A stretch of 64,000 bases of DNA from positions 85,563-149,562 of the forward strand of contig NW_018407738.1 of assembly GCF_002113885.1 (NCBI RefSeq), in the 5' to 3' direction. Origin of the DNA: Mizuhopecten yessoensis (Eukaryota). Position 1 is the stretch's first letter; every line of letters starts with the position of its first letter. The notes under the pieces are model-generated. The model was not told the DNA's origin. It did not search any database and saw only the letters and a list, made by a program, of their open reading frames with translations. The position numbers and the translations under genes were made by a program. Below, piece by piece: positions 1 to 13,109 of this stretch.

Positions 1-256
1 GGAAAGGGGAAGTTTCAGCGGAAAGGGGAAGTTTCAGCAGAAAAGGGAAGTTTCAGCGGAAAGGGGAAGTTTCAGCAGAAAGGGGAAGTTTCAGCGGACC
101 AAGGGGAAATTTCACAGAAAAGGGGAAGTCCTACCGGGAATGGGGAAATAAAACTTTTTTGGGGAAGTTTCATCGAAAATGGGGAAGTTTCATCGAAAAT
201 GGGGAAGTTTCATCGAAAATAGGGTAATTACTACCCCCTTTGCGAGGAAACTTCCC
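1..256. repeat. ~19-20 bp minisatellite (GGAAAGGGGAAGTTTCAGC / GGGGAAGTTTCATCGAAAAT) ending in an inverted copy
   Basis: About 10 visible copies from position 1. GAGGAAACTTCCC at ~244-256 is an approximate reverse complement of the unit. Confidence 0.8.
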
Positions 257-1040
257 TAAAACTATTCCCTAGTGACATTAGGTACAAACTTAATCGTATT
301 TACACGCATTTGCCTGTACGCTAGTTACTCCGCGCTGACATTAGGTACAAACTTGTCTGAGAATGATGAGTGGAGGAATTCTCAGAAAGTCACTAGACTT
401 ATGCAAATACTGTCTTATATACTTAAGCTCCGAGTCGCAAGATAACACCTTTTTGTACATGTCCACAAATTAATGATACAAGACCAACCGCTATTGGACA
501 GGCTCAGGTATAGAACATTTATTTTAGCTTCCCAACACATACATGTAGCTGAGTATCAAGTACATTGTTCGTTCCTATTCAATGGACACATGATTTGAAA
601 AACAAAATCTATGCTTGTGTAGATATGATAAGAATTGTCAGGTTACATAGCAGGGGTCGTTCATTTATAACACTTAAAAGAGGGAGCGGAAAACCATTGT
701 GACAATAGGAACACTAGAATCGGATTTTTCAGGACATTATGGACATGGAATTTAATTATTTAATGTAAAGGGATTTTCAAATTGATGATGTATTGCTGAA
801 CTTTCCGGACATGAACAACAGTGATCGCGTGCTAGTTTATATCTACGAATTCTCCTTTGCTCCCTTACCTCCTCTGCGTTTCGACACTTTCTGATAGGAT
901 ACCTGGCGTGTATTTAGTCAAATGATATTTATCATCAAAAGTTTTGATACATTTATGAAACTTTTTTCCAACAACGAGTACGCTAATGATTACAGTTCTT
1001 CATTGACAAGAGCGTCTTTAAGAAGCGGAAGAAGCCTCAC

Positions 1041-4000
1041 TTTGAACAGCTGTTTGATTTCCTCAGGAGACACCGAGTCGTCGTTGTCTTTGTTAATCCG
1101 CCTAAAGAAGTCCTGGGCACGGTTCTTCTCCTTGAGCATGTACAGCAACTTAAGTGGGTCCATGTTAAATACAGACGGAGCCTGGATTTCCTTCCGCATC
1201 TTGTCCTCGGAGATGCTCTTTACCGGAAGTGCCAATTCGTAAACAGCCTCGAAACCGCGCTGTTTCCTCAACTCGGTTAATGTATCTACAAATGGTTTAT
1301 CAACCACAATTTTCTGGAAGTAAAATGTTATTAACAAAGTTACGTTAGATTTCTGACAAAGGCAATTGGACCGATGTTCATTTGTGTGTATTTTATACAG
1401 GTATGACATGAACTATCTTTAAAGGGAAACAAATGAATCATCTGCTTGCTGGCCTATCTGTCTTCCTGCCTGTCTGTCTGTTTTATGCTACTATCCTAGC
1501 CCGAGTTTCCTCTGGCCCTGACACCAGACTTAGACATTTTGACAGACAAGACATCTTTCTGTCAAAATGTCTAAGTCTGGTGTCAGGGCCAAAGGAAACT
1601 CTGGCTAGCTACTAACCTAGTTTTGCACCATAGTTACAGAATTTGTAAATGTGATGTGACGACGTAAAACATCCATAACTTAACCAAATGCTCTAAATCG
1701 GCCTGACCTCTAACGTCAAAATATTCAAATATTGTTCACTCAATAAAGAAAGTATTGAAATTGAACAAAATTAATTATAACATCTTTAATCGCTTTCGAT
1801 AGAAAATATTTTCAACACCAGTGCAGACAGAACAGTCGTTAGGTAGGAAGTGGCTCCTGTATAAATGCGTCATTCTAACCCTATTCCACCGTACGTACCT
1901 CAAGACGCAGTAGTTCTAGCGACATCTCTGGACTTTTCTTAATGGCGTTGATAAGGATGGTAGTATATATGGGCGTGATGGGGTTGTTACTTAGCTGCAA
2001 GTAGGTTAAAAATAAAATTAGTTCATAACCACAACAAACGGACTACATGGTGCCGTGTCACGGCTTTATATTCTTACGTTTATGTCTCGAGGTAACACAT
2101 TTTTACACCGAGGTTTGATATTTGCTCATCTTGCCCCAAAGTCAAATAATTTGTTTTCTCGTACCCTGTTAAACCAGAGTTGCCTGGACTTTAGCAATTA
2201 TATAGTCTATCCATTGCTACTAGTCCCATGGCAGCAAAGCTGTGTGGGGTTTTTTTTCGCTGTGAAGACAGGTGGGTTGTTTCTGAAAGAATGTGCAGCT
2301 ATTTAGCTGTCGGAATACGATTTTCAAATGTTCAAAAACTAACTGAGTTGCTTCACACATGTTATCACATGCTACCTATGTTATATGCGTTTTAATGTAT
2401 TGCAACTGGAAATATATTTATTTCATAGTCCTTAAAAATAACGAAACCATCGGCAGCCCGTCTTTGAATGACTATATATATATATATATATATATCGTAC
2501 AATGTTATTTCATATTTTGGAGATACCACCTGATGTCTTTGGGTTAATATTTAGCAGTCAACACACAGATATATCTACGGTGTAAACCATGAAAAAGACG
2601 CAATTTTATGTCTTATTTTACGCATTTTTTCATCTGAGAGGATCACTCGAGATTCTATATAAATATTACAGAGTGGACATATTTGTAGGTTTCTTAACAT
2701 ATGCGAGCTATTAGCAAACCATAATACATCAACTGCAGTATGCAGTGTGGCAAGAAATACAAATACAATGGGAACCGTTCCACTCCAAAACTATTAGGCA
2801 CTATGCAGAATGTCTATATATATATATAAAAAAAATCAAAGTGAAACATTCTAGCCATGGTTATATTCTAAACGAAAGAATAATTTGTTCATACAGAAGT
2901 TCATGTAACCCTTATACGAAACACCCTGTCATCAGGCTACACGACAATTGGTTTATACGTACGTCCAGCACGAGAAGGCACTTGTTTACACAGATACCTC
3001 TGGTCAGTTCCAGCATTGCTGGAGGATGGACCCTATTGCAGGCCAGATTTAACTTCGTCAGTGTCGTGTTGTGACGTAAAGCCTCGGACATGGCCGAACA
3101 GCCCTCGAACCCAAAGCCGTTCCAGGCCAGGTTGATGTCCGTGATACAGGTGTTGTACTGAAGGTAAAGGATAATGTTTAGACTTGTATCATCACTACAG
3201 CTAGTGGAACGCTCTAGATCGAATCTAAGTACTGGAGTGCCATTAAGAGGCACGGTAGTTTAGTGGTAAAACGCCGGGCTCGTGACAGAAGGGTTGCGGG
3301 TTTGAGTCGCGGCACGGCACTGTGTTGTATCTTTGAAGCAAGATACTTTACTCCGCTTGTTTCAGTCTACTCAGCTGTAAATGAGTACGTGGTTGGGCAG
3401 TGCTAGAATGGTTGAATGCTAGCTGTTAGCGCCGAAATGGCAGCACTGGATGTATGCTCCCCAGGGAGTTGAGAAATGTATTGGCTGGTTGAAAAGGCCC
3501 TATAACCAAGGATAATAATTTGTGAACCGCTTTGAGACGACCTACGAACTAGGTTGTGATAAAGCGGTATATAAGAACCTCGACTTATTATTATTATGAA
3601 GATTAAACTCACTTAAAGGCCAATTTGTCATATTCTTAAAATAGACTGGTCTGAGCATGACACTTAATTCCCCGTTTTCATCCCTGAAATTCTTGTTGAG
3701 GCCAATCCATTGATCTGTAGTAACACATGGTAAATAGATCGTTTGCTAGGTAGATGTTTCATGCTTCCTGGCAGGTTTATGATGTCTTTCCAGTTAACCT
3801 GTACAAAACTAGACACTTTGTTAACCTGTGTAGATATATCGATATCAAGTTTCATTGAAATAATAAAGAACCTGTTTAATCCGTACTAATGGTGAACGGA
3901 TTAGACAGGTTTGACTGTACCTGTATACCACGTGATATGTATATACTGCCACGTCCCCGGATGTGATTCCAGCTAAGGTCAAGTTCTTTAATGCTGGTGT

Positions 4001-7000
4001 TTTCCTCTGAAATGTTATTAAAATAGCCATTTTTCAATGTATTTAATTGTTACATGGCTTTGGCGATAATTTCTACTTTGTGTAGCATGCTACATGTGAA
4101 ATAAAAAAAACTGTCAAAAAACCATAAAACTTATGTAAATGGAAAAAATACAATGCGGATTTCGTATTAATTATCAAACCTTGAACGAAATATTTTATTA
4201 TACATTGAATGGAAGGGCCAGCGTCCGTAAGCTTGCCACTATTAACGTGGTACTCAAACGCTTTTGGTTCTTGACATTCTTTATAGGATCACTGTAACAC
4301 CTTCATGGCTGTTGCGATTGTCTAGTATCGATGTCAAGTATGGGTAACGATTATTTGTCCAATTCAATGATGAATACACAAAGAACGAGTAAATGTGTCA
4401 TAACTGAAATACGCTAAGAAAGCCGATCATGACTATTGTAAAGTAGCCGTATGTATCAATATCATTGTCCTCTTACATTACAGAGAAAAGGTAGTGAGAA
4501 GATGAGTTTCAATGTCCCGATTTATCTACGGTAGATTATAATATTGTTCCGTGGTAGATCATGACATAGGAGTTGTCGTTATGTGTATTTCTGTACCAGC
4601 TTGTTATTTTTATGACTAAGATTTGTGAAAGAAATTCCTTCATATAGTGTAGCACATGGTTATAGAATATGGTACATAAATGCAGGTACTTTCTATTGTG
4701 GTTAAGTACTAATTTTTAAATTATTTGGTTTAGACAGATGGTTTGTAACCAGACCAAATTGGCCTGTCGCGTAGATAGTTACGCGGAGTATTAATACCGG
4801 GCGATTACATTTAGTTGTGCATGCCACGGTATGTCTCGAGTATCTTATTTGTAAACTTGGTTGATCACCTTCCTTGAACGATTTATCAACCTATAGTATG
4901 CTTCCTATATGAATACTGACTTGTCTGTTGTTGGTCACTGTGGTCTTACCATATACCACGATAGTTTCGCATTTAACAGTATTCTTTTATGCTGTAACTT
5001 GACACAATCGTTACTGGGACTTTCAAAACACTGACCTGAGAGAGAAAAAAAAGACTCCTATAAAACGTCTTGTCAATCAAAAAGTGTGTCATCAGGTCCC
5101 TGTGTTTGAGACGAGATGTTTCGCGATGTAATAGCATCATAGGCCTATAGTCGCGGACATGAGAGAGAGAGAGAGAAAAAAGACTCTTATTATACTTCCT
5201 GTCAATCAAGTATCAAAACGCTTTGTACAATACTTCATTATCAGGTCCCTGTGTTTGAGACGAGATATTTCGCGATGTACTAGCATTATACATAGGCCTA
5301 TAGTCTATCTTGTCAGTTCTTACCGATCGCCTGACCCAGCATTCTGCACCCATCCGCTTCAAACGCATTATGGCTCAAGTTGAAGTGTCTTAGTGCCTTG
5401 CAGTTCTGGAAGAATATAATGCACTACAACGTTGTAAAAACGACGTTAACAATTACAGACTGGCAATGTTATAATTGAATTAGGAACGTCTGCACGCAAT
5501 TTACATGCCTTTGCCAACACACATTACGTAATAGGTGGTGAGATAATTGACTAGCATAAATCATCGTGTCACTTTAGGCCGAAACAAATTTCAAACAAAT
5601 TGTGTGTTCATCAATTATCATGTTAAGAGTGCTGCCAAATAATTTACATGTGTGACGCTTTTTGTCAAAAAGCCTTAAAATGACACAATATCGATTTTTA
5701 ATTTGTAAAACTCAGACAGATTCTTGGTGTTTATCGTTGAATTCTTTATCTTGACTGTATGTATATGCAAATAATTAATTAGTGTTTCGTAAGCCGTATC
5801 CGGCTGAGTATCACATTAAATTACATGTTTTATTTAAAAATACATTTTTTTTTACCAGGGATCAATGCAGGGGTTTGGTTTATAAGTGGGTAAGCTCCCT
5901 TTAACTTTGAAATATTCTTAAATATATTAAAGCCATTGATCAATGTTTAAAGTTTATTTTTCTCTATCGTGTTTTAAAGTTGTAAATGTACCTTTGAGAT
6001 GGGACTTCGAAAAGCCCTCGCTGGTAGGGACTGGCCCAACCGCTTGAAGCTAATCGTTTTCTCAATTTCCTTTTAACCTGTTATAACCATAGGTCATAGA
6101 CCTTGAAATATTATTTAATTTGTTAATTATTGATCAATACTAAAATTTTGCCCTTTTAACCGTGTTTTAAACTATTAAATGTAACCTTAAGAAGGGACCT
6201 CGAGAAGCCCTCGCCGGTAGAGCTCTCCCCAACCGCTTGGAGCCAATCGATTTCTCAATTACTTTTAACCTGTTATTCCTTTTTTTAAACTGATAAAAAA
6301 ATATTTTATTTTTAAAGTTACATCGTATGATTGCAGTGGCGCAGAGCGACCTGTCTTCGCTGGTAGGGCTCTCCCCAACCCTAAGGTAGCGCACTTTGAG
6401 TCACTGCAACCTACATGTTAATAATAATAAGAAGGGTAGTCTCACAATAATCTAATGTCGATATTGATCCCTATTACAAGTGGGTTTTTTTTGTGTTAAA
6501 CAAACTATTTTAAGTTCTAGGAAACAGCCAACTGCAAGTATTTTATATGTACCAATGGAATTGATTTATATTTTGTACAAGTATTTTATATTTATTAATG
6601 AACATAAATGTAATTGTGATATGTGACACTTAAATAAACAACTTGAACTTGTATACATTTACCTGTATAATGCGTGTTATAGACCCACTGTCTTTGTCCT
6701 GTATACGATTACCTACAAATCGAATGATTGAATTAATATAGAATACTACAATGTTTACCGTAGCGATATAAGTTTATAGTGAAAGTATTAAGAGTTAATA
6801 TTTACATTTGCATTGCATTGCATTGCCTGCCAAAGATAGCTAAAACCAAACATCTGCATCGGGGATCGTGAAATCATTTCAAGTGCCAATTCACTCAATT
6901 GTAAGAATCACGAATACGTTAGGCTAGGGTACAGAGAGCAACGCAGCGTAATGTTAACGACAAGTTCATTTTTACAACATAAGTGTTTTCTAAGTTTCTA

Positions 7001-10000
7001 AGTTACCTGCCAGACTAAGGTGTTGGAGCTGACAGACAGCTGGACATTTGGACAGGTCATCTAGAGTCTCACTGTCCAGTTCACAATCATCTAAAGCCTG
7101 CCGATTACAAAACTAGACTAAGATTGTGTGTGTCCTTATTTATGGTTATACAACACACCGGGAAATAGACCAACATGTGCAATATTTCAACATACGACAT
7201 ACTGAGCTCGATATTATACCCTGCTCGTAAACTAAATGAATCTGATTGAAGATATTACTAATTGGAAACGACTTGATCCCTTATCTGTGGTGTCAGTAGT
7301 AAGATATACCTGTATATATATATATATATACCATCCGTCACCGTCACAGATAACCATCTCTGTACAGGAACGGGAGCAGCTTCATCAGCTGCTATCAGGA
7401 GATGTGGTCGTCAGTATACAACGTACCAATACTAATATGAAATATCTCGAGAGCGTGGAAAGGTTAGCAGAATCTCAGACATGGAATCCTAACTACGACT
7501 TACGAAAACCCGACATAACATCGAAACCCAAAGTGGGTCGCAAAAGTATTACAGATAGCATTATACTAAATAAAGATACACCTAATTCAACTAGAGATAT
7601 ATTTAAATGTACACTGTAATAGAGATATCTCTAATATTAAAATAGAGATATATTTAAATGTACACTGTAATAGAGATATCTCTAATATTAAAATAGAGAT
7701 ATATTTAAATGTACACTGTAATAGAGATATCTCTAATATTCAAATAGAGATATATTTAAATGTACACTGTAATAGAGATATCTCTAATATTCAAATAGAG
7801 ATATATTTAAATGTACACTGTAATAGAGATATCTCTAATATTCAAATAGAGATATATTTAAATGTACACTGTAATAGAGATATCTCTAATATTCAAATAG
7901 AGATATATTTAAATGTACACTGTAATAGAGATATCTCTAATATTCAAATAGAGATATATTTAAATGTACACTGTAATAGAGATATCTCTAATATTCAAAT
8001 AGAGATATATTTAAATGTACACTGTAATAGAGATATCTCTAATATTCAAATAGAGATATATTTAAATGTACACTGTAATAGAGATATCTCTAATATTCAA
8101 ATAGAGATATATTTAAATGTACACTGTAATAGAGATATCTCTAATATTCAAATAGAGATATATTTAAATGTACACTGTAATAGAGATATCTCTAATATTC
8201 AAATAGAGATATATTTAAATGTACACTGTAATAGAGATATCTCTAATATTCAAATAGAGATATATTTAAATGTACACTGTAATAGAGATATCTCTAATAT
8301 TCAAATAGAGATATATTTAAATGTACACTGTAATAGAGATATCTCTAATATTCAAATAGAGATATATTTAAATGTACACTGTAATAGAGATATCTCTAAT
8401 ATTCAAATAGAGATATATTTAAATGTACACTGTAATAGAGATATCTCTAATATTCAAATAGAGATATATTTAAATGTACACTGTAATAGAGATATCTCTA
8501 ATATTCAAATAGAGATATATTTAAATGTACACTGTAATAGAGATATCTCTAATATTCAAATAGAGATATATTTAAATGTACACTGTAATAGTGATATCTC
8601 TAATATTCAAATAGAGATATATTTAAATGTACACTGTAATAGAGATATCTCTAATATTCAAATAGATATATATGTTAATGTAATAGAGATATCTTAAATT
8701 AAAACAGGGGGATCTCTAAAAGAAATTATATATTTTTTAATCCAAACAGAGATACAATTAAATGAAGTAACGATATCCGACATTATTTGGTTACATAGGC
8801 ATTTGAAAATGAATCAATTATCTTAAAACATGGTTTAAAAGAGATATCTACAGTGTATTTGGTTTAGAAAACATACAAGTACTTTAAAAGTGATATCTTT
8901 TTGTTTTTAGAGATATGACTTTTATCATTCAAAAGCATCTTTATTTAAAAGATATTTTTTATTTCAGCTAGACATATATCTATCACATGTAAAGATATCT
9001 CAAGTACGTATTAAATAAGATATCTTCAAATCAAAACTATATTTATTTAAAGTAATAGATACATCTAAAATCAATCGAGTTTATCTTTGAATAAATTAGA
9101 GATATATCTACAAGAATTAAAGACATCTTTAGATGTAATAGAGATTTCTTTAAATGATCTAAGACATTTGTAATGAATAGAAATATGTCGTAAAGAAATA
9201 AAGACATCTCTAGAAGAATATAAAGAGGTATGTTTTTGCATTTTATAATAAGTTTTATATGAGATATCTTTTGTTTATAAAATATCTCCTAAAATTATAT
9301 AGTTATCTCAATTTCTTATACGATATCTCCTGAAGTAAATGAGACGTCACTTTAAAAGTTAAGCTGGCTTGCTATAGAGATTGGTTTTGTATCCTTACCA
9401 GTGTGGTTAGTTTAGGAGTGGACATCAGCACCTCCTGGACATAGCGTCCCTCTCGTGTGGACATGATGTTTCCGGACAGGTCCAGTGTACCGAGACACCA
9501 ATCCCCCTTCAATCAGAGTAATTAACTCATTCACCCCTGAAGACACATTTAAACTCTTCCAATTCAAAGATTGGAATAGTTCATTATGAAATTTCAGGGG
9601 TGAATGAGTTAAGACAAGGCCAACACAGTGTATAAGCTCGGTTATCTGGACATTAAGTGTTTTTTGTAAAGATGAATGATCATTTAACAGTTATTGAGTT
9701 CCTTGTCTTAACATGCTTATGAGGTTCTAATGTGTAATTTAACGAGGTTTTATTATATGCATTGCAACATTTAAACCATGCATTTGTGTAAAGTTTTAAT
9801 CTCTTTTTTACCCACTTAATATTTGAAGTGTATTGTTTATAATCTTCGTAATCATAATAGCAAAATAATTTTCTCAATAATCACTGTATTAAAGGAGTTG
9901 TTGCTAAACGGAATCTTCATTTCCAAGATATCAACTTTTTCTACGACACCATTTTGATAAAACTGTAAGGTTTTCAAGTTACAAGTGTTATTGAATGCGT

Positions 10001-11137
10001 GTCTGGGTTTACGAAATACTTGGTTAAATGTAACCTACCCTCATTGTTTTACAGATGGCTCTGATTTCTCTGCCTCCGAGGCAATGATCTCGGACAGACA
10101 TGTGAGGTCCTCCAATCTGACCCATGACCCTACGTACAGGGATGACCTTGACCTTTTGACATAATTTAGTGTAGTAATTTCTCCGTCTCCTTGCCTCTTT
10201 GGCGTTTCCACGAGACTGCCAAACTGAAACTGTGATTGGTTGAATTTTCGCTCATCATTGGTAATCGATCATTCATTTTAATCAACAATAATTAACTTAC
10301 GATTTAATAACATGCGTTCAATTTCTTTTTATATAAAACAAAATTCACGTCATAGTCTGCTTCTACTGATTCACCTTATCCTACAAGATAAGTCGGAGTT
10401 TCCTCTGACTATTATCTACGTATACATGTACATTTGTATGTACATATATGTATCTTGTAATTACTTCATGATGACGTTATACTATGCCGTATATACGACA
10501 TAAATACTACTTCAAAATAAACATATATAGCCTTCTTCTGTAGTAACAAATAGTCAACCATTTCTGCATTAGACAGAGTAACAAACCATTAACGGCGATG
10601 TGTGAAGACCCTAACAAGCTTCCAAGTGCTGCTAAAACTGAAATATGCCAAGTAAACGCAAATATTTCCAGCTCCGTATTTATGAAACCGTTCTCATACT
10701 CAAGCTCGAACCAAATGTTTTGTGCCTTGCAAAAATCGTATGACACTGTCAACAAGCCAAGTTATTGAAAATAGTGTTCAGCAAAAGGTCTCTCCAAATC
10801 ATTGACAAAATGCGAATATCAACTACTTTAGCCCCAGAACAAGAAACTGGGTTTCAGCACAAAATCTCAATTTGAGCATGAGAATGGTTTCATGAATACG
10901 GACCCAGGTTTCAAACCATGGCCGCAATAAAGACCTACCGACTTTCTGTGAGGTTCTTTTCTTGACTGCTATTGTTAAGAACTCCGTGTCCGAGCGCGTG
11001 AAGGCCACGTGGAACTTGTCACTTGTTTTAAGCCTCGGTAGCGAGAATCCTTTCTCCTGTGTGCTGACACTATCCCTCTTACTCTTCTTCGTCAAACGTG
11101 ATTTCATTTTGTCCATTTTCAGTAACGTCCAGCCCAT
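1041..11137 (-). CDS. LRRC74-like leucine-rich repeat protein (RNI-type LRRs) with C-terminal EF-hand; multi-exon, termini uncertain
   Basis: Exons on - strand: 11137?-10939, 10223-10039 (YYTKLCQKVKVIPVRRVMGQIGGPHMSVRDHCLGGREIRAICKTMR), 9506-9399 (LGTLDLSGNIM), 7097-7007 (ALDDCEL..LQHLSLAG), 6712-6663 (NRIQDKDSG), 5405-5324 (LRHFNLSHNAF), 4006-3921 (IKELDLSWNHIRGRG), 3157-2963 (ITDINLAWNGFGFEG..LTKLNLACNRV), 1994-1899 (LSNNPITP), 1313-1041 (INKDNDDSVSPEEI, EF-hand loop). All GT-AG with matching phases. The first exon and the last exon are less certain. Confidence 0.85.
1496..1608. mobile_element. Palindromic MITE (~51-bp inverted arms, CTAG ends)
   Basis: CTAGCCCGAGTTTCCTCTGGCCCTGACACCAGACTTAGACATTTTGACAGA is mirrored with 2 mismatches. 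A half copy recurs at ~21366-21408. Confidence 0.8.
3249..3597 (+). mobile_element. tRNA-derived SINE in LRR gene intron
   Basis: A-box-like GTAGTTTAGTGG, B-box-like GGTTTGAGTCGC, central TGTATCTTTGAAGCAAGATACTTTAC..TGTAAATGAGTAC, and a (TTA)n tail. Confidence 0.75.
5038..5304. repeat. Local direct duplication (~130-150 bp, 2 copies)
   Basis: ATCAGGTCCCTGTGTTTGAGACGAGAT..CATAGGCCTATAGTC occurs at ~5091 and ~5240. Confidence 0.75.
5995..6380. repeat. Degenerate ~190-bp tandem repeat (2 copies plus a partial third)
   Basis: GGGAC.TCGA.AAGCCCTCGC.GGTAG..CCCAACCGCTTG at ~6001 and ~6193, with a partial copy at ~6356. Confidence 0.65.
7592..8670. repeat. Homogeneous 51-bp tandem repeat (~21 copies) containing the palindrome TAGAGATATCTCTA
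   Basis: Unit AATAGAGATATATTTAAATGTACACTGTAATAGAGATATCTCTAATATTCA. Period 51 (7608 to 7659). Near-identical copies; lies in an intron. Confidence 0.95.
9526..9608. mobile_element. 83-bp TTAA-flanked MITE (piggyBac-like ends)
   Basis: TTAA|CTCATTCACCCCTGAA...TTCAGGGGTGAATGAG|TTAA: perfect 16-bp TIRs and TTAA on both sides. Confidence 0.8.
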
Positions 11138-12944
11138 GGTCACGGCATTGGTCACTTAAATGTCAATTTGGTGATGCCTTTGTCATGTTGGTGGTCAGTC
11201 TCCTCAACTGATTTCAAATTTGACCTTTTCGAACCGAAGACTAATTACCAGGCTTAAGATTCCACTCCGAGCTTTACCACTGGTATCGATAATTGCATTA
11301 CAGTCTTGACATTCCGTTGAAGATGTTTTATGTAAGGTATGCGGTCAAAGTTCAACGGAAATAGAAATGTGTACGTCATCTGGAAATCTCTATAGATTTT
11401 TGTGTGATGTATCGATTTATTCGTTGCTTCGTTGATCAATGTTGTAATACCGCTCTGATCATTTATGTTTGTGAAGAATACGCAAAACGTCGACGTAAAT
11501 TTCTCTTTGTTTATATTGTATATGGACAGTAGATACATTTAACAAGTACAAGGAAAATTACTCCTGCAGGTTTAGAGAGAGAATATGCCTCTGTATCCCA
11601 TTAAATGTCGGAAGAGGCGACTAATATCTCCCCTGGAGAAACGGAGACTTTCCTCTTTGTCTCCTTCATAGAGGACATTGAAGCAACCAAAACCAATCTG
11701 CTGCCCCCGTTGAAGCACATAATATCTGTATCTTTTTATAGTTTCCTACTCTTCCGTTTTGACAATGTTTTCATAGCCGGGCACCACTTTTCAAAAGAAG
11801 ACTTTGCGAAAACCCCACATAGACCATATTGCCACACCGCTCATATCAGGATACCCCTCACTCCCTCGATATTCTCTCTCACTTTTATCAGATAATACCA
11901 ATTATACACACATTTAAGCGTTTGGTATGATATACATTGTATAATATCCCGGACATCTTATAATTCTTGTATAGCAAACCAACTAGACATTCAACTACCT
12001 GAAAGAGTATCTCATTCTGTACGCTTTAGGATATACAAATTTATCTTATAAACTAACTGCGATATCTACATTAATTTATTAGCTATCATATAAACAATAA
12101 ACATACACAGTGTATATTATATGAGATATCCCATTCTGTATCGTTTAGGATAATACAATTGTATTTTATATACTATTTGAGACTGATGATGGTGATATCT
12201 CCATTGATTTATAAGATATCTGATAAACATTACAAAATGTCCTCAAATCCTTATTATACCAGATACCTCATACTTTTTGTTATACAAAAGTATCTCGCAA
12301 ACTAATTAATATATCTCCATTAATAGAATATCTTATATTAACAACTAAGATATACCCTGACGTCCTAAATACACCAGATATAACTCTATTACATTTTAAG
12401 TATTGTTTATTTTATAAATTTAGTATCTTAATTACATTTGAAGACCATTTCTGTTTCATTTTAACATATCTCTAATTCTTTTTAAGATATCTCTAATAAA
12501 TTAACGATATATCTTTGAATAACTTTTACCTCAGGGAGAGATCACAAACCCTCGTCATGCATTGTTTGTACAGAAACACGACTGATGACAAACATTGTAT
12601 GACTGTGTGCAACAAGACTTTCAAAATAATAAAAATAACTTGTGACTACTTGTTTTCAAAACACGACTTGGATCATTAAGTGTAACCGTTTATTAACATC
12701 ATACGGGCTATTCACATTATGAGATCCAGAGCTGAATCACCAAAACGTATGAGTGGTATGTATCGTATTCCATCTCGTCACATTCTCTAAGCCCTACACT
12801 AATTGGACGCTGCCCAACTTTATCTTTTAAAAAACATTCATTCCTTGGCACTACGCCGGGCGGACATAATTTAAGAATGTATCAGAAATGCACACAACAG
12901 TGTCTTAAACGAGTTTTTAAAGCTATACGTAAACATTCACTTGC

Positions 12945-12959
12945 AGAACGTTCCAGAAA
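12945..12959. promoter_or_regulatory. Perfect 3-unit heat-shock element (aGAAc gTTCc aGAAa)
   Basis: Exact nGAAnnTTCnnGAAn match. A GC-box-like GGGCGG (~12858) and an ATTGG (~12802) are nearby. Function not shown. Confidence 0.4.
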
Positions 12960-13109
12960 TAAAGCGTTGGTACGGCGGGGGAATAACGCACTACTTTAAA
13001 CATGATTTGATAGCGACATCATTGTGTTAAGTAAACTATTCTCAATGTGTCAAGAAATAAATCAGATACAATCTATGTAGGATAATCCTATTGTTCTGTT
13101 TTAATATCA

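Noticed and set aside
7007-7090. Alternative TAG acceptor giving an 84-bp exon
   Set aside because: Out of phase with the upstream exon; the CAG acceptor starting the exon at 7097 restores LTTLALDDCEL.
11605-11895. 96-aa ORF or extra 5' exon of the LRR gene
   Set aside because: No recognisable motif, and I could not place in-phase splice sites.
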